Shown here one piece after another: positions 42,956-52,491 of a stretch of 64,000 nt of DNA. Made by a program: the position numbers and the translations under genes. The DNA comes from Bacillota bacterium. GTDB lineage: Bacteria > Bacillota > Clostridia > Saccharofermentanales > DTU023. The notes under the pieces are model-generated. The model ran no database searches and was not told where the DNA came from. It saw only the letters and a list, made by a program, of their open reading frames with translations. The first letter of the stretch is position 1. Each line of letters begins with the position of its first letter. The stretch covers positions 27,464-91,463 of the forward strand of contig JAKPXB010000040.1 of the NCBI GenBank assembly GCA_029570375.1. The letters run 5' to 3'.

Positions 42956-43068
42956 AAAGACGGTTCTTTTCGGCGGATAACGCAGAATAAACGAACAGAA
43001 CAGCCTGTACCGGTTAATCGCCCGGCATTAATGGCCGGCGCGACGGCCGGGGATGTGTGGAGGGATCG

Positions 43069-44325
43069 ATGAGCTGGCTTTTGATTGAACACGCGGATGA
43101 ACTCGTTACCGCGAAAGGAAAGGCCGCGCGCCGGGGAAGCGAGATGAACGCGCTCCTCGTCATTCAGGACGGAGCCGTCCTGACGAAAGACGACAGGATC
43201 GCCGCGGCGGGGCCGACCGGCGCGGTCGCCGCACAGCTTGACGCGCTTGTGCGCGAAGGCGAAACGGTCACGCGGATCGACGCCGCCGGCAAAACCGTCA
43301 TTCCCGGGTTTGTCGATCCTCATACGCACTTTATCTTCGGCGGTTACCGCGAAGAAGAATTCAACCGCCGGCTCGCGGGCGCTACCTACATGGAGATCAT
43401 GAAGATGGGCGGCGGCATCGCCTCGACAAACCGCGCTACGAAAGAGGCGTCCGAAGAGGAACTCTACGCCGCCGGTTTTCACCGCATGGAGCGCATGCTC
43501 GACCTCGGCATCACGACCGTCGAGGGCAAGACGGGCTACGGCGAAGATACGAAGACGGAAGACAAGATGCTCCGCGTCATGGAGCGCCTCAACCGCGACC
43601 ATCCGGTCGATATCGCCATGACTTACATGGGAGCGCATTCCGTCCCCCCGCGGTACAAAGGAAGGTCGGGCGACTATGTCGACTACCTGATCGCCGAAGG
43701 CCTGCCGATGGCGCGGGGACGCGCCGCGTTCTGCGACGTTTTCACGGAAGAGGGCGTTTTCTCTCTCGAAGAATCGGAGAAACTCCTTCTGGCGGCCCGC
43801 GCGGAGGGATTCAAACTGAAGATGCATGCCGACGAAATCGTGCCGCTCGGCGGCGCCGGCCTCGCGGCGAAACTCGGCGCGACGAGCGCCGATCATCTGC
43901 TCAAGGCCTCCGACGACGACCTGCTCGCGATGCGCGGCGCCGGCGTCGTCGCGACGCTCCTTCCCTGCACGGCATTCAGTCTCCGCGAACCTTACGCGCG
44001 CGGGCGTTTCATGATCGACAGCGGCCTCGCCGTCGCGCTCGGCACCGACTTCAACCCGGGCAGTTGCTACACGCAGTCCGTCCCGCTGATGATCGCGCTT
44101 GCGACGATCTATATGAACATGACAATCGACGAAGCGCTCACCGCCGTCACGCTCAACGCCGCGGCCGCCATCGGACGCGCGGATTCCATCGGATCGCTCG
44201 AATCAGGAAAGCAGGCGGATATCGTCATACTCGACTGCCCCGGATATAAACACCTCTCCTATCATTTCGCGATGAATCTCGTGGAGACCGTGATCAAAGC
44301 GGGAGTCATCGTCAGGGGGAACTGA
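43069..44325 (+). CDS. hutI: Imidazolonepropionase
   Basis: It has the metal-binding GFVDPHTHFIFGG, ...KMHADE... and ...ALGTDFNPGS.... The start is ATG 43069 after ggaggg; GTG 43057 is an alternative. Confidence 0.9.
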   Translation: MSWLLIEHADELVTAKGKAARRGSEMNALLVIQDGAVLTKDDRIAAAGPTGAVAAQLDALVREGETVTRIDAAGKTVIPGFVDPHTHFIFGGYREEEFNRRLAGATYMEIMKMGGGIASTNRATKEASEEELYAAGFHRMERMLDLGITTVEGKTGYGEDTKTEDKMLRVMERLNRDHPVDIAMTYMGAHSVPPRYKGRSGDYVDYLIAEGLPMARGRAAFCDVFTEEGVFSLEESEKLLLAARAEGFKLKMHADEIVPLGGAGLAAKLGATSADHLLKASDDDLLAMRGAGVVATLLPCTAFSLREPYARGRFMIDSGLAVALGTDFNPGSCYTQSVPLMIALATIYMNMTIDEALTAVTLNAAAAIGRADSIGSLESGKQADIVILDCPGYKHLSYHFAMNLVETVIKAGVIVRGN

Positions 44326-44504
44326 CCGGTTCTCCGGGACATTCCGGACGGAGGGTTTACGATCAGCCGTAAAGGGGACGGCCTGATAAAGACGATCAGA
44401 CAGGAAACCGGATACGCCGACTTTTCGCCGTGTCTCCGATAAAACCGGCATAGACTTTGCACTAGCGATGAGCTAAAGTTATGTGGTAAAGGAACAGACC
44501 CGGC

Positions 44505-46304
44505 ATGCGCGCGACATTATTTCTGTTGAAGAAAATACGACAGTATGACAAAAGCATGATCGCGATGATCGTTTTTTTCAGCCTGCTGTCCGCCGTCTAT
44601 CCCTTTATCTGGGTCTATGTTCCGATGAGGATTATCCGGCTGTCCGAACTCCCCGCAGAAAATTTCTCAGAAGCCGGCACTCAGCTCACCCTGCTTCTCG
44701 CGGCTGCGGCCGTCGTGTCCATGACGTGCGCCTGGTCACTCGCATTCCTGCGCGGCAATTACAGGATGCGCATGAACAATGTCCGCTACAGACTTATCCG
44801 CGACCTGATGCGTTACAGCCTGACGATGCCCTATGAGAATACCCTGAACAAAGAGAAACTGGACGCGATTCAAAAAGCGAGAGAGGCCGTCAAGAATCCG
44901 TGGAACGGAGCGGGCGGCCTCATCCTGACGCTTCTGCAGGTCTTCGGCACAGGAATCGCCGCCGTTGGATTTATCAGCGTATTCATCTCTCTCTCTTTCT
45001 GGCTGATGCTTTTTGTCGCAGCGGTCATCCTCTCCAATTTGTTTATTAACCGCAAAGTAGGCGATCTCGAACAGTCGGAATGGGACGGGCTGATGCCGGA
45101 GCTACGGAAGCTCGACCACCTGTTCTCTGAACAACAGGATCCCTCGGGGAGAAAAGATATACTTTCATACAGTCTGTACGGCCTTTTCAAAGCGTATATC
45201 GACCGGTACTTCCAAAACATCCGCCTGATTCAGCAGTCTGTCATCCGCCGGAAATTTTCCTGGCAGACAGCGCTCGCCGCCGTCGATTTCGTCAAGGACG
45301 CGGTCCTGTACGGCTGGCTGATCCGCCTGTTTCTGGCGGGGACGATCGACGCCGCGCTATTTTTCTTTTATGGTTCGAGTGTCGTCGCTTTCGTCGCGCT
45401 CGCGCAGCAGCTAATGGCCGATATCACAAAAATAAGGCAGGACGCCAGGCACTTCTCCGACTTTATGGCTCTCGACACAGAGGCTGACGCGATCGCCTCG
45501 GACGGGACATCCGGGCTTATCCTCCCCAGGACGGAAAAGGGCGTCCTGGTTGAGATCAAGAATGTCTCTTTTCGCTATCCCGGGACAGAACGCTGGGTAC
45601 TTCGCCACCTTAATCTGACCATCCGCCGAGGCGAAAAAATGGCGCTCGTCGGTGAGAACGGATCCGGAAAAACAACGCTCATCCTATTGCTTTCGAGACT
45701 CTACCGGCCTGTCGAAGGAGAAATCCTCTTCGACGGCATCAATATCCGGGAGCTGTCGGAAAGCAGCTTTCGCTCAAATCTGAGCGTAGTCTTTCAGGAC
45801 GCGATGATTCTTCCTTTTTCCATCCGCGAGAATATTGCGATGTCCCCCGATACCGACGAAAAGCGGCTGTATGAGGCGATGGATAACGCGTCATTTTCCT
45901 CAGTGGCGGAGACATGTACGCAAGGTGTTGACACCACACTGCTCCGTATTCTGGACGACAACGGGGTCGATCTATCCGGCGGTGAACGCCAGAAACTCTT
46001 CCTCGCGCGGGCACTGTACAAAGGGAAAAGCCGTCTCCTTCTCCTCGACGAGCCGACAGCTGCCCTGGATCCGCTGGCGGAACAGGAGCTCTACCGGCAT
46101 TACCACGAGATGACATCCGGCCAGACGAGCCTGTTCGTGTCGCACAGGCTCGCGAGCACACAGTTCTGCGACCGCGTCGCTTTTCTTTCGGAAGGGAGAG
46201 TCGCCGAACTCGGCTCGCACAGTGAACTCATCGCAAGAGACGGCCTCTACCGCGGCTTATACGACTTGCAGGCGAAGAACTACCGGGAAGGGATAGCGGA
46301 ATGA
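44505..46304 (+). CDS. ABC exporter half-transporter (TMD-NBD), partner 1
   Basis: 599 aa with six predicted TM helices, then Walker A GENGSGKTT, LSGGERQ and LLLLDEP. Confidence 0.88.
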   Translation: MRATLFLLKKIRQYDKSMIAMIVFFSLLSAVYPFIWVYVPMRIIRLSELPAENFSEAGTQLTLLLAAAAVVSMTCAWSLAFLRGNYRMRMNNVRYRLIRDLMRYSLTMPYENTLNKEKLDAIQKAREAVKNPWNGAGGLILTLLQVFGTGIAAVGFISVFISLSFWLMLFVAAVILSNLFINRKVGDLEQSEWDGLMPELRKLDHLFSEQQDPSGRKDILSYSLYGLFKAYIDRYFQNIRLIQQSVIRRKFSWQTALAAVDFVKDAVLYGWLIRLFLAGTIDAALFFFYGSSVVAFVALAQQLMADITKIRQDARHFSDFMALDTEADAIASDGTSGLILPRTEKGVLVEIKNVSFRYPGTERWVLRHLNLTIRRGEKMALVGENGSGKTTLILLLSRLYRPVEGEILFDGINIRELSESSFRSNLSVVFQDAMILPFSIRENIAMSPDTDEKRLYEAMDNASFSSVAETCTQGVDTTLLRILDDNGVDLSGGERQKLFLARALYKGKSRLLLLDEPTAALDPLAEQELYRHYHEMTSGQTSLFVSHRLASTQFCDRVAFLSEGRVAELGSHSELIARDGLYRGLYDLQAKNYREGIAE

Positions 46305-48172
46305 AACATCTTCTGACCGTAATCAGAATGATCTGCCGCTTCCAGCGCGGGTACGCGTGGCGCCTGGCCGCGGCTTCCCTCGTCACCGGAGCCGCGCCGC
46401 TTGTCAACATTATCCTCCCGCGCCGCATGATCGACGAACTGCTCGGCGGGAGGGACATCAGACGCCTCATCCTCCTTGCCGCCCTGCTCGCGCTTGGCAA
46501 TCTGGCAGCGATGCTGCTCGACCGTATGCTCACAAACCGCCTCACGACCATGACGACTCTTGCTTATGCACATATGCAGCAAATCGTATCAGAAAAGGCG
46601 CTCCGTATCCCTCTGGCTGACAGTGAAAGCAAGCGTGTTCTCGATCTCGGGGAGAGGGTGCATTTCGGCATCTACTCCCTGCACAATCTTGACGCGACCG
46701 TCAAAAAGCTGGGCGGCTCAGCGGTCAGCCTCCTTTCCGTGATCGCCATTGTCCTCTCGGGAAGCCCTGTCCTCGCACTTCTTATTTTGGCGCTGAATCT
46801 CCCTTCGCTCTATTGTCTGAAGAAGCTTAAACACCTGGATGCCGATAATGTCGAGCGGAGCGCATCGGAAGAACGGGCATTCAAGTATTACGCGTCGCTT
46901 TCCATCGATTACCGCTATTCAAAAGATTTGAAACTCTACGACGGGTTATCGCTGATGATGACCCGCGCGGAGAAGAATATGCAACAGATTCTCCGCGTCA
47001 ACCATCAGTATTTCACGAAGAGCGGCTTCTGGCTCGGGATCATCGGAAGCCTGGTCGAAATACAGTCAGTGGTTGTTTTCGCTTTCCTCGGCATACGCCT
47101 TCTGTTAAGCCGCCTCACGGTGGGCGCTTTCACCATGCTCTACGGGGCCAGCCGGCAGATGGGGCGGGCGCTCAACAATCTCATGGATAGCGCGAATGAA
47201 CTTATGACATCGGATATGTACCTCAAGCCTCTTGTCGAATACCTGAACCTGCCTGAACAGCAAGATATCAGGCAGGACTCCGCTGAAGGACGCACGCCGC
47301 CCGGGACGGATCATGAGAGGCGTTCCGGCGCGCCGGCACCGGCGGTTCCCTTCTTCGCCGCTGAAGGGGATGACGACGTGCAGAAGTGCGTCCGCGAGGC
47401 TTTCAAAGGGCATCTCGAATGGGAAGTCAAAGATCTCTCTTTCCGCTATCCTTCCGGGCATGTTTTTGTTCTGGATCATTGTTCGCTTCGCATCCATTCC
47501 GGCGAACGCGTCGCGCTCGTCGGAACAAACGGCGCGGGAAAATCGACACTCGTCAAGCTCCTCTGCCGCTATTATGAACAGCAGGAAGGGGTTATCACCT
47601 TAAACGGCGTCGACATCAGGCGGATACCGCTCGAGCTGTATGGCGCGCTTCTGTCGCCCACATTTCAGGATTACCACCTGTTTCCGTTCCAGATGATTGA
47701 AAATGTCGCTGCCGTTAAGGCGGAGAACATGAGCGAAGACAAGAGGGACAAAGCCATTCACGCTCTCGACAAACTCGGATTGACGGCGTGGGTACGTTCT
47801 CTTAAACACGGTGTGCACACCCACCATTCGGAGACACTCGCGGAAGACGGTGTTCTCCCATCCGGCGGAGAAGGGCAAAAGATGGCGCTCGCCCGTTCGC
47901 TCGCACACGCGGGACCATTCGTTATCATGGACGAGCCGACCGCCGCTCTCGATCCGAGAAGTGAAGAAGAAATCTTCCGCCAGATGCTGGCGCTCAGCGA
48001 ACAGAAGACTTCTCTCTTCATCTCCCACCGCCTTTCCAGCACGCGCTACGCCGACCGCATTCTCGTCATCGAAAACGGCCATGTCATCGAAGAGGGCAGC
48101 CATGCGGAACTCATCGCCCTCTCCGGACTTTACGCCGCGATGTACAGAGCGCAGGCGTCCCAGTACACGTAA
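46301..48172 (+). CDS. ABC exporter half-transporter (TMD-NBD), partner 2
   Basis: 623 aa with an ATGA overlap with partner 1. It has Walker A GTNGAGKST, PSGGEGQ and FVIMDEP. A low-complexity insert of about 35 aa sits between the TMD and NBD. Confidence 0.88.
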   Translation: MKHLLTVIRMICRFQRGYAWRLAAASLVTGAAPLVNIILPRRMIDELLGGRDIRRLILLAALLALGNLAAMLLDRMLTNRLTTMTTLAYAHMQQIVSEKALRIPLADSESKRVLDLGERVHFGIYSLHNLDATVKKLGGSAVSLLSVIAIVLSGSPVLALLILALNLPSLYCLKKLKHLDADNVERSASEERAFKYYASLSIDYRYSKDLKLYDGLSLMMTRAEKNMQQILRVNHQYFTKSGFWLGIIGSLVEIQSVVVFAFLGIRLLLSRLTVGAFTMLYGASRQMGRALNNLMDSANELMTSDMYLKPLVEYLNLPEQQDIRQDSAEGRTPPGTDHERRSGAPAPAVPFFAAEGDDDVQKCVREAFKGHLEWEVKDLSFRYPSGHVFVLDHCSLRIHSGERVALVGTNGAGKSTLVKLLCRYYEQQEGVITLNGVDIRRIPLELYGALLSPTFQDYHLFPFQMIENVAAVKAENMSEDKRDKAIHALDKLGLTAWVRSLKHGVHTHHSETLAEDGVLPSGGEGQKMALARSLAHAGPFVIMDEPTAALDPRSEEEIFRQMLALSEQKTSLFISHRLSSTRYADRILVIENGHVIEEGSHAELIALSGLYAAMYRAQASQYT

Positions 48173-48186
48173 CAGCAAATCCCCTC

Positions 48187-48220
48187 CCGGCGGGGCCGGA
48201 CGGTTTTGCCCGCCGGCTTT
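48187..48220 (+). terminator. Stem-loop terminator after the exporter pair
   Basis: ccggcggg (48187-48194) / cccgccgg (48209-48216) followed by cttt, 15 nt after the stop. Confidence 0.45.
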
Positions 48221-48321
48221 CTGGTGTATGCTGAAAGTATGAATGGAACGATGGCTGACCTTACAGCCTTGCGGAGAAACAGTCTGAAGGCCGGGGGCCA
48301 AACCCTGAAAGGAATGACACG

Positions 48322-48939
48322 GTGAATAGAGTAAACGCGATTGGTGACGCCTGCCCGCTGCCCGTCATCAAAACAAAGAAAGCCCTTGAGGCGATGACAT
48401 CCGGCGTGATCGAAGTCACAGTGGACAACGATACAGCCGTACAGAATATTACGAGATTCGCCGCCGCGAGGAATTACCCCGTCAAGACTGAAAAGCGCGG
48501 CGATCATTTTGTCCTCCTGATTGAAAAAGCGGATACGGAAGAACAGACTACAACGCGGGAGGCGCCGGAATCGGCTCAGAAAGGCTGTGCCGGAGAGGCC
48601 AAAGGGTCTTTCGTTGTCGCTGTCACCTCCGACAAAATGGGGTCGGGAGATGAGGCACTCGGCGCTATCCTGATCAAGAGCTTCTTCTTCACCCTCACAC
48701 AGCTCGACGATCTGCCTGATGTCATTCTCTTCTACAATGGCGGCGTGAAGCTCTCTGTGCACGGCTCGCCGGTTCTCACGGACCTGAACGCACTCGAAAA
48801 AGCGGGCGTCAGACTCATGTCCTGCGGTACCTGTCTGAATCACTTCGACCTCAAAGAACAGCTGGCCGCCGGCGAAGTCACCAACATGTACGACATCGTC
48901 GATCAGCTCCGGACAGCCGCCCGTGTGATCAGGCCTTAG
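48322..48939 (+). CDS. yedF: YedF-type sulfurtransferase-like selenium-metabolism protein (TusA-like N-domain plus DsrE-like C-domain)
   Basis: 205 aa with a GTG start. The N-terminal ...NAIGDACPLPVIKTKKALE... is the TusA/SirA CPxP motif. The C-terminal half ends ...SCGTCLNHF..., as in YedF. Confidence 0.75.
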   Translation: MNRVNAIGDACPLPVIKTKKALEAMTSGVIEVTVDNDTAVQNITRFAAARNYPVKTEKRGDHFVLLIEKADTEEQTTTREAPESAQKGCAGEAKGSFVVAVTSDKMGSGDEALGAILIKSFFFTLTQLDDLPDVILFYNGGVKLSVHGSPVLTDLNALEKAGVRLMSCGTCLNHFDLKEQLAAGEVTNMYDIVDQLRTAARVIRP

Positions 48940-49052
48940 ACTGTCAATACTGATGTTCCCTGGCATAATGACGTCCTGCTGTGTAAATGTAAGTATAGAT
49001 GGAGTGTACGCCGTCTCCTGAGGTACTGACGGCGAAAGCGGTAACTGGGTTC

Positions 49053-49286
49053 ATGAGAGAGAGAACACCGAAACTGGTCATCACGTTCCGGTCATCGACG
49101 GACGCCATGATGATGGATAAAAACTGCCCCGAAGCATACGGGAGACTTATCCCCGTCCCGCGCGAAATCAGCAAAGGATGCGGCCTCGCCTGGGCGTCTT
49201 CCCCTGAGATGGAAGATGCGCTCCTCCGGCTCATGGAAGAACTCGACATCCCCTGGCTGGAGAAAAAGATCATCGCTTTCTATTGA
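49053..49286 (+). CDS. DUF3343-like small protein (putative Se/S carrier partner of YedF)
   Basis: ...KLVITFRSSTDAMMMDK...GRLIPVPREISKGCGLAW... matches the beta-alpha pattern and the PxPxxIS-x-GCG motif I associate with DUF3343. The start is uncertain (ATG 49053, or 48999 as in the ORF track). Confidence 0.6.
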   Translation: MRERTPKLVITFRSSTDAMMMDKNCPEAYGRLIPVPREISKGCGLAWASSPEMEDALLRLMEELDIPWLEKKIIAFY

Positions 49287-49466
49287 TCTCGCCTCGGAAT
49301 TCCGCGGCGTGACACAAAAGAAATGCGCGCCCCGTGAGAGGTATAAGAGGTGGATCTCAGATATGCGTTATTCACGCGCGAGACGGCTACAACCTTATAA
49401 TGGTAAAAAAGGCTTAATGCCTGTCCGTTTCAACCGATTCAAGTATTTAACAGGAGGACAGGAACG

Positions 49467-50888
49467 ATGAACAAGAACGCAGAAATCATATGGGTACCGA
49501 AGCGGCCCTGTTCAGGAAATCCGCCCATCCGTCTCCGGATGGCGGCGGTCATCCTCCTGATCGCTGCATCGATCGCCCTGAGCGGCTGCCTCTCGGGAAC
49601 ACAACCGACAACAGCGGAGGGGTGGCTCGATCGCGGCGGTAAATCCCTGCGCGATCTGGATTATGAGCAAGCCATCGCCGCCTTTAAGAAAGCGATAGAG
49701 ATTGAGCCGCAGAACATTCCCGCGCGAATCAGTCTGGCGAAAGCTTACGCCGATTCAAAACGCCCGGGCGACGCCGAAACGGTTCTCTTTGAGGTTCTGG
49801 AGATACAGAGCGATCAGAAGGAGGCGGCCGCGGCGCTCATGACACTTGCTCAAAGCTACACGGAAGCGGGAGAGTATGCCAAAGCCGAAGCCCTCTGCCT
49901 GAAGCTCATCGAATCGGGACAGAGCAGCCCCGCAATTACAGAAGCCCTGCAGAAAGTCCGGAGCCGGATGCAAAGGGACGACAGCCCCACGCCGGACGGA
50001 ACATCCGCGCCGGCTCAAACGACGCCGGGTGAAACACCCGTATCAGCTCAAACAACACCGGACGAAGCACCCGCGCCGGTTCAAACGACGCCAAACGAAA
50101 CGCCCGCGCCGGCTCAAACGACACCGGGCGAAACACAAACGCCGGAAACTTCAGTGACATCGGTTCCCGCCAAAATCGACAATCCTTACAAAATCGTCAT
50201 CATCTTTAAAGGTGAATTAAAGAATGACCAAGGCGCCGCTCTGGGTGAGGTTAAGTTCCTCCGCCCTGTTTTTCAAGCCGATTTCCCGTACGCTGACAAT
50301 TTCAATGCCGCATTCAACAATCTTTCGGCATTCCCCAAACTCGCAAGACTTACCAAGCCGGCATCGGCCAAAACCGTCAAACGCATTTTCAGTGATGATA
50401 TGGCGGAAGCGCAGGAGATGAGGGATACGTGGAATTACGATGTTTCATTTTCTTATACAGATACATGGAAGATCTCTTATCAGAAAGGTCCGGTCGTCTC
50501 TTTTTGCAGCGAATTTTATTACATGCCGGCCGGCGGCATGCATCCCTGGTGCGGACAATACGGCGGAACATTTGATATGGAAACCGGCAAGGTGCTGAAA
50601 CTGAAGGATATTCTTAAGATCAGCCCCGACCGGCAGGCAGACATCCTCTACCAGGAGTATATTAAGTCCCTGAATAAAGATACGGCTCGCGAGGCAAAAA
50701 AAGCCAAATGGATGTCGTCGATCAAGGAGCGCTGCGGCGAGAAAGCCATCTTCTGGCTTGCAAAGAACGGCGTCCATATTTACTTTGATCAGGAAACTTT
50801 TTATTATCTGGCGGGAGACAGCGAACTGGTCATCCCCTATAGCCGCACAGATCTTTTGCAGCCTTATTTCGCGGCAAACGGGGGATAA
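49467..50888 (+). CDS. Lipoprotein with TPR repeats, a tandem-repeat Pro/Thr linker and a DUF3298-like C-terminal domain
   Basis: It has a caggagga RBS and lipobox LSGC. TPR-like ...YEQAIAAFKKAIEIEPQN...A. The C-terminal ...YYMPAGGMHPWCGQYGGTFDMETGKVLKLKDIL fits the DUF3298 (RsiV/PdaC-type) pattern. Confidence 0.75.
   Translation: MNKNAEIIWVPKRPCSGNPPIRLRMAAVILLIAASIALSGCLSGTQPTTAEGWLDRGGKSLRDLDYEQAIAAFKKAIEIEPQNIPARISLAKAYADSKRPGDAETVLFEVLEIQSDQKEAAAALMTLAQSYTEAGEYAKAEALCLKLIESGQSSPAITEALQKVRSRMQRDDSPTPDGTSAPAQTTPGETPVSAQTTPDEAPAPVQTTPNETPAPAQTTPGETQTPETSVTSVPAKIDNPYKIVIIFKGELKNDQGAALGEVKFLRPVFQADFPYADNFNAAFNNLSAFPKLARLTKPASAKTVKRIFSDDMAEAQEMRDTWNYDVSFSYTDTWKISYQKGPVVSFCSEFYYMPAGGMHPWCGQYGGTFDMETGKVLKLKDILKISPDRQADILYQEYIKSLNKDTAREAKKAKWMSSIKERCGEKAIFWLAKNGVHIYFDQETFYYLAGDSELVIPYSRTDLLQPYFAANGG
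50013..50144 (+). repeat. Coding tandem repeat, 4 x 33 nt (unit [AV]QTTP[GDN]E[TA]P-x-x; the fourth copy diverges to ...ETQTP)
   Basis: gctcaaacgacgccgggtgaaacaccc... recurs with a period of 33 nt, in frame with the CDS. Confidence 0.9.
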
Positions 50889-50993
50889 CCCGCGGGGATG
50901 GCTCCGCGGAAGCCGTTTTTCTGACAACCGGCCATCCGCCGGTGTTAATAGGCGCCGTCTTCAGCAGTTTCGCACGCGCGAAGAGGAGAAAAA

Positions 50994-51614
50994 ATGAGAA
51001 TTCTTTTAACAGGGTTTGACCCTTTCGGCGGAGAAACGATCAATCCCGCTTATGAAGCCGTTCAAATGGTCAGTGATTCCGCCGGAGGCGCGGACATTGT
51101 CAAGCTCGAAGTCCCCACGGTTTTCAGAAAAGGAGCGGCAATGGTCATTGAGAAACTGAGGGAGATCAATCCGGACGCCGTCCTGTCAGTCGGTCAGGCC
51201 GGCGGAAGAGCGGGCATCACCGTGGAATTCGTCGGCATCAACTATATCGAAGCGAGACACCCGGACAATGAAGGCCAGGCGCCCGATGGCGAAATAATCG
51301 CCGCTGATGGCGAAGACGCGTACTTCGCTACCCTCCCTGCCAGGGAAATCGCCGAACATATCAACGCGCACGGGATCCCCGCGTCTGTCTCCTATTCAGC
51401 CGGTACTTATGTCTGTAATGATGTACTCTACAGTGTGCTGCACTACGCGCGTCACCACGCCCCCGCCCTTAAAGCAGGTTTTATCCATGTTCCTTTCGCG
51501 CCGGAACAGGTCGTCGGAAAGCGCGAAGGGCTGCCCTCCATGCATATCGGCGACATCGCGAAAGCGCTCGAATACGCAATCGAAGTGATCGTCTGCTGCG
51601 GGGACGGCCGCTGA
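50994..51614 (+). CDS. pcp: Pyroglutamyl-peptidase I
   Basis: 206 aa. MRILLTGFDPFGGETINPA..., ...SAGTYVCNDVLY... (catalytic Cys) and ...GFIHVPF... (His) are present. Confidence 0.92.
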   Translation: MRILLTGFDPFGGETINPAYEAVQMVSDSAGGADIVKLEVPTVFRKGAAMVIEKLREINPDAVLSVGQAGGRAGITVEFVGINYIEARHPDNEGQAPDGEIIAADGEDAYFATLPAREIAEHINAHGIPASVSYSAGTYVCNDVLYSVLHYARHHAPALKAGFIHVPFAPEQVVGKREGLPSMHIGDIAKALEYAIEVIVCCGDGR

Positions 51615-51665
51615 GACTGACCGCCTTTTTACGCGGGATTCACTCACCCGCAATACCGATTTCAG

Positions 51666-52442
51666 TTATGCCGTCTCGCCGGCGGATGCGGTGCGTTCCC
51701 TTTCCATATGGAGCCTGATCGCTTCCACGGCGACGCGGATGCCCCTCATCGTATCATGATTCTCCGTGTCGTCCAGCCCTTTCGCGCGCCGCTCCTGATT
51801 CCAGACCGTATTGAGAATACAGGCGGCTTTCGCTCCCAGCGTCTGGCAGACGATATATAGAGCCGCGCTTTCCATCTCAGAAGCGAGCGTGCCCGCTTTT
51901 AGCCACGCCTGCCATTTGTTCTGCAGCTCATAACCGACCGGCATGCGCTCAGGCGCATGCTGCCCGTAGAACGAATCCTTACACTGGACAACCCCTGCGT
52001 GGTACCGGTACCCTCCCGCTCTGGCTGCCTCAATGAGACAGCTTGTCAGTTCGAAGTCGGCGACTGCAGGGAACTCGATCGGAAGGTATTCGCGCGTCGT
52101 TCCCTCCATCCTGATCGCTCCGGTCGCGACGACAAGGTCGCCGCCCATCACCTCGAGATTCATCCCGCCGCAGGTCCCGATGCGGATAAAATTGCGAACA
52201 CCTGTCATGTACAGCTCTTCAACACCAATCGCGGTGGAGGGCCCGCCCATCCCCGTCGACATGACGAGCACCGGTTCGCCCAGCAAAGTGCCGATCCACG
52301 TAGTGTACTCGCGGTTGCAGCCGAGAAAACGCGGCTCATCAAGAATCCCGGCAATCTTCTCAACACGACCGGGATCGCCCGGGAGCATCACATACTTCGC
52401 TCCGTGCGAATCATCCAGCTGGATGTGGTAAAGCTTCTCCAT
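51666..52442 (-). CDS. udp: Uridine phosphorylase (PNP/UDP family 1)
   Basis: Start re-set from 52901 to ATG 52442 (ggagaggg RBS), because the extension overlaps psuG. It contains MEKLYHIQLD...YVMLPGDPGRVEKIA...STGMGGPSTAIGVEEL.... Confidence 0.85.
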   Translation of the reverse strand: MEKLYHIQLDDSHGAKYVMLPGDPGRVEKIAGILDEPRFLGCNREYTTWIGTLLGEPVLVMSTGMGGPSTAIGVEELYMTGVRNFIRIGTCGGMNLEVMGGDLVVATGAIRMEGTTREYLPIEFPAVADFELTSCLIEAARAGGYRYHAGVVQCKDSFYGQHAPERMPVGYELQNKWQAWLKAGTLASEMESAALYIVCQTLGAKAACILNTVWNQERRAKGLDDTENHDTMRGIRVAVEAIRLHMERERTASAGETA

Positions 52443-52491
52443 GTTCGTCTGCCCTCTCCGAATCATTCTTCGACGTATTTCCTGCTTCTGA

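Noticed and set aside
42059-43896. Long minus-strand ORFs (42059..42940 and 42907..43896) antisense to ftcD and hutI
   Set aside because: These are shadow ORFs typical of GC-rich coding DNA, with Arg/Asp/Ala-rich translations and no motifs. The plus-strand genes have unambiguous family signatures.
47600-48966. Minus-strand ORFs 47600..48301 and 48130..48966
   Set aside because: They are antisense to the ABC exporter NBD and to yedF and show no independent support.
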